Source: the human T2T-CHM13v2.0 reference genome, Homo sapiens
DNA length: 64,000 bases
Strand: one strand, 5' to 3'
Assembly: GCF_009914755.1 (NCBI RefSeq)
Contig: NC_060928.1
Shown: positions 58,591 to 64,000 of the stretch, one piece after another
Layout of the letters: the number at the start of each line of letters is the position of its first letter
How positions within the stretch are numbered: position 1 is the first letter of the stretch
Program-made: the position numbers and the translations under genes
The notes under the pieces: model-generated
The model's database searches: none
What the model saw: only the letters and a program-made list of their open reading frames with translations
Told to the model about the DNA's origin: nothing

Positions 58591-61500
58591 ACTTTGATAT
58601 TTTATGTAAAGTATGTAATACATACTTTGGGTACTTTGATATTTTATGTACAGTATGTAATACACGCTTTGGGTACTTTGATATTTTATGTAGAGTATGT
58701 AAAACATACTTTGGGTAGTTTGTTATTTTATGATCAGTATATAATACATACTTTGGGTACTTTGATATTTTATGTACAGTATATAATACCTACTTTGGGT
58801 ACTTTGATATTTTATGTACAGTATATAATGCATAATTTGGGTACTTCAATAGTTTATGCACAGTATATAATACATACTTTGGGTAATTTGATATTTTATG
58901 TACAGTATATAATGCATACTTTGGGTACTTTGATAGTTTATGTACAGTATACAATACATACTTTGGGTACTTTGATATTTTATGTACAGTATATAATATG
59001 TAGTTTGGGTACTTTGATATTTTAACTACAGTATATAATACATACTTTGGGTACTTTGATATTTTATCTACAGTATATAATAGATACTTTGGGTACTTTG
59101 ATATATTATGTACAGTATATAATACATAGTTTGGTTACTTTGATATTTTTTGTACAGTATGTAAAACATACTTTGGGGAGTTTGATATTTTATGAACAGT
59201 ATATAATACACATTTTGGGTACTTTGATATTTTATGTACGGTATATAATACATACTTTGGGTACTTTGATATTTTATGTACAGTATATACTTCATACTTT
59301 GGGTACTTTGATATTTTATGTACAGTATATAATACATACATTGGGTACTTCGATATTTTATGTGCAGTACCCTATATATAGTTTGGGTACTTTGATATTT
59401 TATGTCCAGTATAAAATAAATAGTTTTGGTACTTTGATATTTTATGTACAGTATATAGTTTGAGTTCTTTGATATTTAATGTTCAGTTTATTATAAATGT
59501 TTGGGTGCTTTCATATTTTATATACAGTATATAATACATACTTTGGGCACTTTGATATTTTCTGTACAGTATATAATACATACTTTGAGTACTTTGATAT
59601 TTTATGTACGGTATATAATACATACATTGGGTACTTTGATATTTTATGTACAGTATATAATATATAGTTTGGTTACTTTGATATTTTATAGACAGTATAT
59701 AATATATATTATGTGTACTTTGATATATTATGTACAGTATATAATATATAGTATGGGTTGTTTGATATTTTATGTACAGTATATAATATATAGTTTGGGT
59801 AGTTTGATATTTTTAGTACAGTATGTAATATATAGTTTGTTTTATTTGATATTTTATATACAGTATACAATATATAGTATTGGTACTTTGATATTTCATG
59901 TAAAGTATATAGTTTGAGTACTTTGATATTTTATATGCAGTTTATTATAAATGTTTGGGTACCTTCATATTTTATGTACAGTATATAATACATACTTTGG
60001 GAACTTTTATTTTATGTGCAGTATATAATACATACTTTGGGTACTTTGATATTTCATGTACAGTATATAATACACACTTTGGGTACTTTGATATTTTATG
60101 TACAGTATATAATACACACTTTGGGTACTTTGATATTTTATGTACAGTATATAATACATACTTTGGGTACTTTGATGTATTATGTACAGTATATAATACA
60201 TACTTTGGGTACTTTGATATTTTATGTACAGTATATAATACATACTTTGGGTACTTTGATATTTTATGTACAGTATGTAATACACACTTTGGGTACTTTG
60301 ATATTTTATGTACAGTATGTAAAACATACTTTGGGTAGTTTGATATATTATGTACAGTATATAATACATACTTTGGGTACTCTGATATTTTATGTACAGT
60401 GTATAATACATACTTGGGTACTTTGATATTTTATGTACAGTATATAATACATACATTGGGTACTTTGATATATTATGTACAGTATATAATACTTACTTGG
60501 GGTATCTTGATATTTTATGTACAGTATATAATGCATACTTTGGGTACTTTGATATTTTATGTACAGTATATAATGCATACTTTGAGTACTTTGATATTTT
60601 ATGTACAGTATGTAATACATACTTTGGGTACTTTGATATTTTATGTATAGTATATAATACATACTTTGTGTAGTTTGATATTTTATGTACAGTATACAAT
60701 ATATAGTTTGAGTACTTTGATATTTTATGTCCAGTATAAAATATATAGTTTTCCTAATTGATATTTTATGTACAGAATATAGTTTGAGTACTTTGATATT
60801 TTATGTACACTTTATTATAAATGTTTGGGTACTTTCATATTTTATGTACAGTATATAATACATACTTTGGTCTCTTTGATGTTTTATGTACAGTATATAA
60901 TACATACTTTGTGTTCTTTGATATTTTATGTGCAGAATATAATGCATAGTTTTAGGTACTTTTATATTTTATGTACAGTATATAATACATACTTTGGGTA
61001 CTTTGATATTTTATGTACAGTATATAATACATACTTTGGGTACTTTGATATTTTATGTACAGTATATAATACATATTATTGGTACTTTGATATTTTATGT
61101 ACAGTATACAATATATAGTTTGAGTACTTTGATATTTTATGTCCAGTATAAAATACGTAGATTTCATACTTTGATATTTTATGTACAGAATATAGTTTGA
61201 GTACTTTGATATTTTATGTACACTTTATCATAAAAGTTTGGGTACTTTCATATTTTACGTACAGTATATAATACATACTTTGGGCACTTTGATGTTTTAT
61301 GTACAGTATATAATACATACTTTGGGTTCTTTGATATGTTATGTACAGCATATACTACATAATTTGGGGACTTTTATATTTTATGTACATTATATAATAC
61401 ATACTTTGGGTACTTTTATATTTTATGTACGGTATATAATACATACTTTGGGTACTTTGATATATTATGTACAGTATATAATACATACTTTGGGTACTTT

Positions 61501-63550
61501 GATATATTATGTACAGTATATAATACATACTTAGGGTTCTTTGACATTTTATGTACAGTACATAATACATACTTTGGGTACTTTGATATTTTATGTACAG
61601 TATATAATACATACTTTGGGTACTTTGATATTTTATGTACAGTATATAATTCATGTTTTGGGTACTTTTACATTTTATGTACAGTATATAATATATAGTT
61701 TGGGTACTTTGATATTTTATGTACGGTATATAATACATACTTTGGGTACTTTGATATTTTATGTACAGTATATAATACATACTTTGGGTACTTTGATAAT
61801 TTATGTACAGTATATAATACATACTTTTGGTACTTTGATATTTAATGTACAGTATATAATACACACTTTGCATACTTTGATATTTTATGTAAAGTATGTA
61901 ATACATACTTTGGGTACTTTGATATTTTATGTACAGTATGTAATACACGCTTTGGGTACTTTGATATTTTATGTAGAGTATGTAAAACATACTTTGGGTA
62001 GTTTGTTATTTTATGATCAGTATATAATACATATTTTGGGTACTTTGATATTTTATGTACAGTATATAATACATACTTTGGGTACTTTGATATTTTATGT
62101 ACAGTATATAATGTATAATTTGGGTACTTCAATAGTTTATGCACAGTATATAATACATACTTTGTGTAATTTGATATTTTATGTACAGTATATAATGCAT
62201 ACTTTGGGTACTTTGATAGTTTATGTACAGTATACAATACATACTTTGGGTACTTTGATATTTTATGTACAGTATATAATATGTAGTTTGGGTACTTTGA
62301 TATTTTAACTACAGTATATAATACATACTTTGGGTACTTTGATATTTTATCTACAGTATATAATAGATACTTTGGGTACTTTGATATATTATGTACAGTA
62401 TATAATACATAGTTTGGTTACTTTGATATTTTTTGTACAGTATGTAAAACATACTTTGGGGAGTTTGCTATTTTATGAACAGTATATAATACACATTTTG
62501 GGTACTTTGATATTTTATGTACGGTATATAATACATACTTTGGGTACTTTGATATTTTATGTACAGTATATAATTCATACTTTGGGTACTTTGATATTTT
62601 ATGTACAGTATATAATACATACATTGGGTACTTCGATATTTTATGTGCAGTACCCTATATATAGTTTGGGTACTTTGATATTTTATGTCCAGTATAAAAT
62701 AAATAGTTTTGGTACTTTGATATTTTATGTACAGTATATAGTTTGAGTACTTTGATATTTAATGTTCAGTTTATTATAAATGTTTGGGTGCTTTCATATT
62801 TTATATACAGTATATAATACATACTTTGGGCACTTTGATATTTTCTGTACAGTATATAATACATACTTTGGGTACTTTGATATTTTATGTACGGTATATA
62901 ATACATACATTGGGTACTTTGATATTTTATGTAAAGTATATAATATATAGTTTGGTTACTTTGATATTTTATATACAGTATATAATATATATTATGTGTA
63001 CTTTGATATATTATGTACAGTATATAATATATAGTATGGGTTGTTTGATATTTTATGTACAGTATATAATATATAGTTTGGGTAGTTTGATATTTTTAGT
63101 ACAGTATGTAATATATAGTTTGTTTTATTTGATATTTTATGTACAGTATACAATATATAGTATTGGTACTTTGATATTTCATGTAAAGTATATAGTTTGA
63201 GTACTTTGATATTTTATATGCAGTTTATTATAAATGTTTGGGTACCTTCATATTTTATGTACAGTATATAATACATACTTTGGGAACTTTTATTTTATGT
63301 GCAGTATATAATACATACTTTGGGTACTTTGATATTTCATGTACAGTATATAATACACACTTTGGGTACTTTGATATTTTATGTACAGTATATAATACAC
63401 CCTTTGGGTAGTTTGATATTTTATGTACAGTATATAATACATACTTTGGGTACTTTGATGTATTATGTACAGTATATAATACATACTTTGGGTACTTTGA
63501 TATTTTATGTACAGTATATAATACATACTTTGGGTACTTTGATATTTTAT
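57760..63550. repeat. Older tandem-like duplication with 3283-bp period
   Basis: ORF pairs 57955/61238, 58258/61541, 59047/62330, 59501/62784 and 60007/63290, with several substitutions between copies. Boundaries are approximate. Confidence 0.8.
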
Positions 63551-64000
63551 GTACAGTATGTAATACATAATTTGGGTACTTTAATATTTTATGTATAGTA
63601 TATAATACTTACTTTGGGTACTTTGATATTTTATGGACAGTGTATAATACATACTTTGGGTTCTTTGATATTTTATGTACAGTATATAACATATAGTTTG
63701 GGTACTTTGATATTTTATATACAGTATATAATACATACTTTGGGTACTTTGATATTTTATGTACAGTATATAATACATACTTTGGGTACTTTGATATTTC
63801 ATGCACAGTATACAATATATAGTTTGAGTACTTTGATATTTTATGTACTGTATAAAATATATAGTTTTCGTACTTTGATATTTTATGTACAGTATATAGT
63901 TTGAGTACGTTGATATTTTATGTACAGTTTGTTATAAATGTTTGGGTGATTTCATATTTTATGTACAGTATATAATACATACTTTGGGCACTTTGATATC

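Larger units (their letters stand above)
1..64000. repeat. 42-bp AT-rich satellite array, classical Satellite I / HSat1A (SAR), about 1,500 monomers, one orientation
   Basis: Continuous tandem repeat of GGTACTTTGATATTTTATGTACAGTATATAATACATACTTTG (minus strand ACATAAAATATCAAAGTACCCAAAGTATGTATTATATACTGT). GTAC sites alternate at 17 and 25 bp, the known A/B subunit pattern of human Satellite I. The 14-aa periodicity in every ORF confirms the 42-bp period. The family name comes from recognition, not a database search. Confidence 0.95.

Noticed and set aside
7-63904. Hundreds of ORFs on both strands, up to 356 aa
   Set aside because: They are pure 14-aa repeats that overlap in four frames on both strands and end at monomer indels. 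They have no domains or gene context and are a translation artefact of a 42-bp repeat.
1-64000. CRISPR-like array (conserved ACTTTGATATTTTATGTACAG part plus a more variable part)
   Set aside because: The intervening parts are point variants of one sequence rather than unique spacers. There is no leader and there are no cas genes.
1-64000. Alpha satellite, HSat2/3, HSat1B or telomeric repeat
   Set aside because: There is no 171-bp period or CENP-B box, no CATTC pentamers and no Alu-derived part. TTAGGG occurs only as isolated single variants (CTTAGGGTAC).
1-64000. Inversion or transposon insertion within the array
   Set aside because: The T-rich strand stays on + throughout, and I saw no non-satellite stretch.
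1-64000. TATAAT / TTGATA motifs resembling bacterial -10/-35 promoters, and TATA boxes
   Set aside because: They are intrinsic to the AT-rich monomer in a eukaryotic satellite, with no downstream genes. They were not annotated as promoters.
1-64000. Assignment to a specific chromosome or species
   Set aside because: HSat1A occurs on several human chromosomes and in great apes. Placement would need mapping of rare k-mers to T2T assemblies.

Overview
The whole 64 kb window is one uninterrupted, single-orientation tandem array of an AT-rich 42-bp satellite. The + strand consensus is GGTACTTTGATATTTTATGTACAGTATATAATACATACTTTG (10/42 GC, no CpG, two RsaI GTAC sites 17 and 25 bp apart). This matches human/great-ape classical Satellite I, i.e. 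HSat1A (RepeatMasker SAR), which forms large pericentromeric and acrocentric arrays; the chromosome cannot be determined from this window. I found no genes, RNA genes, transposons, CRISPR or unique DNA. All ORFs are by-products of a monomer length divisible by 3. The interest lies in the internal architecture. A fixed-order cassette containing 35-bp and 41-bp short monomers cuts the array into blocks of about n x 42 - 8 bp drawn from a small alphabet of block types. Nested duplications occur at 126 bp, 252 bp, 1040 bp, 1252 bp, ~1.95 kb, 3.3-3.7 kb, 4166 bp, 8944 bp and a 34-37 kb macro-repeat, and rearrangements stay in monomer register. There is also a same-length, conversion-like patch, a quasi-palindrome in every monomer, and CpG gain-and-decay marks. 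I see no evidence of a new gene-encoded system. Offsets were read by eye from the sequence and the ORF track, not from a computed alignment.
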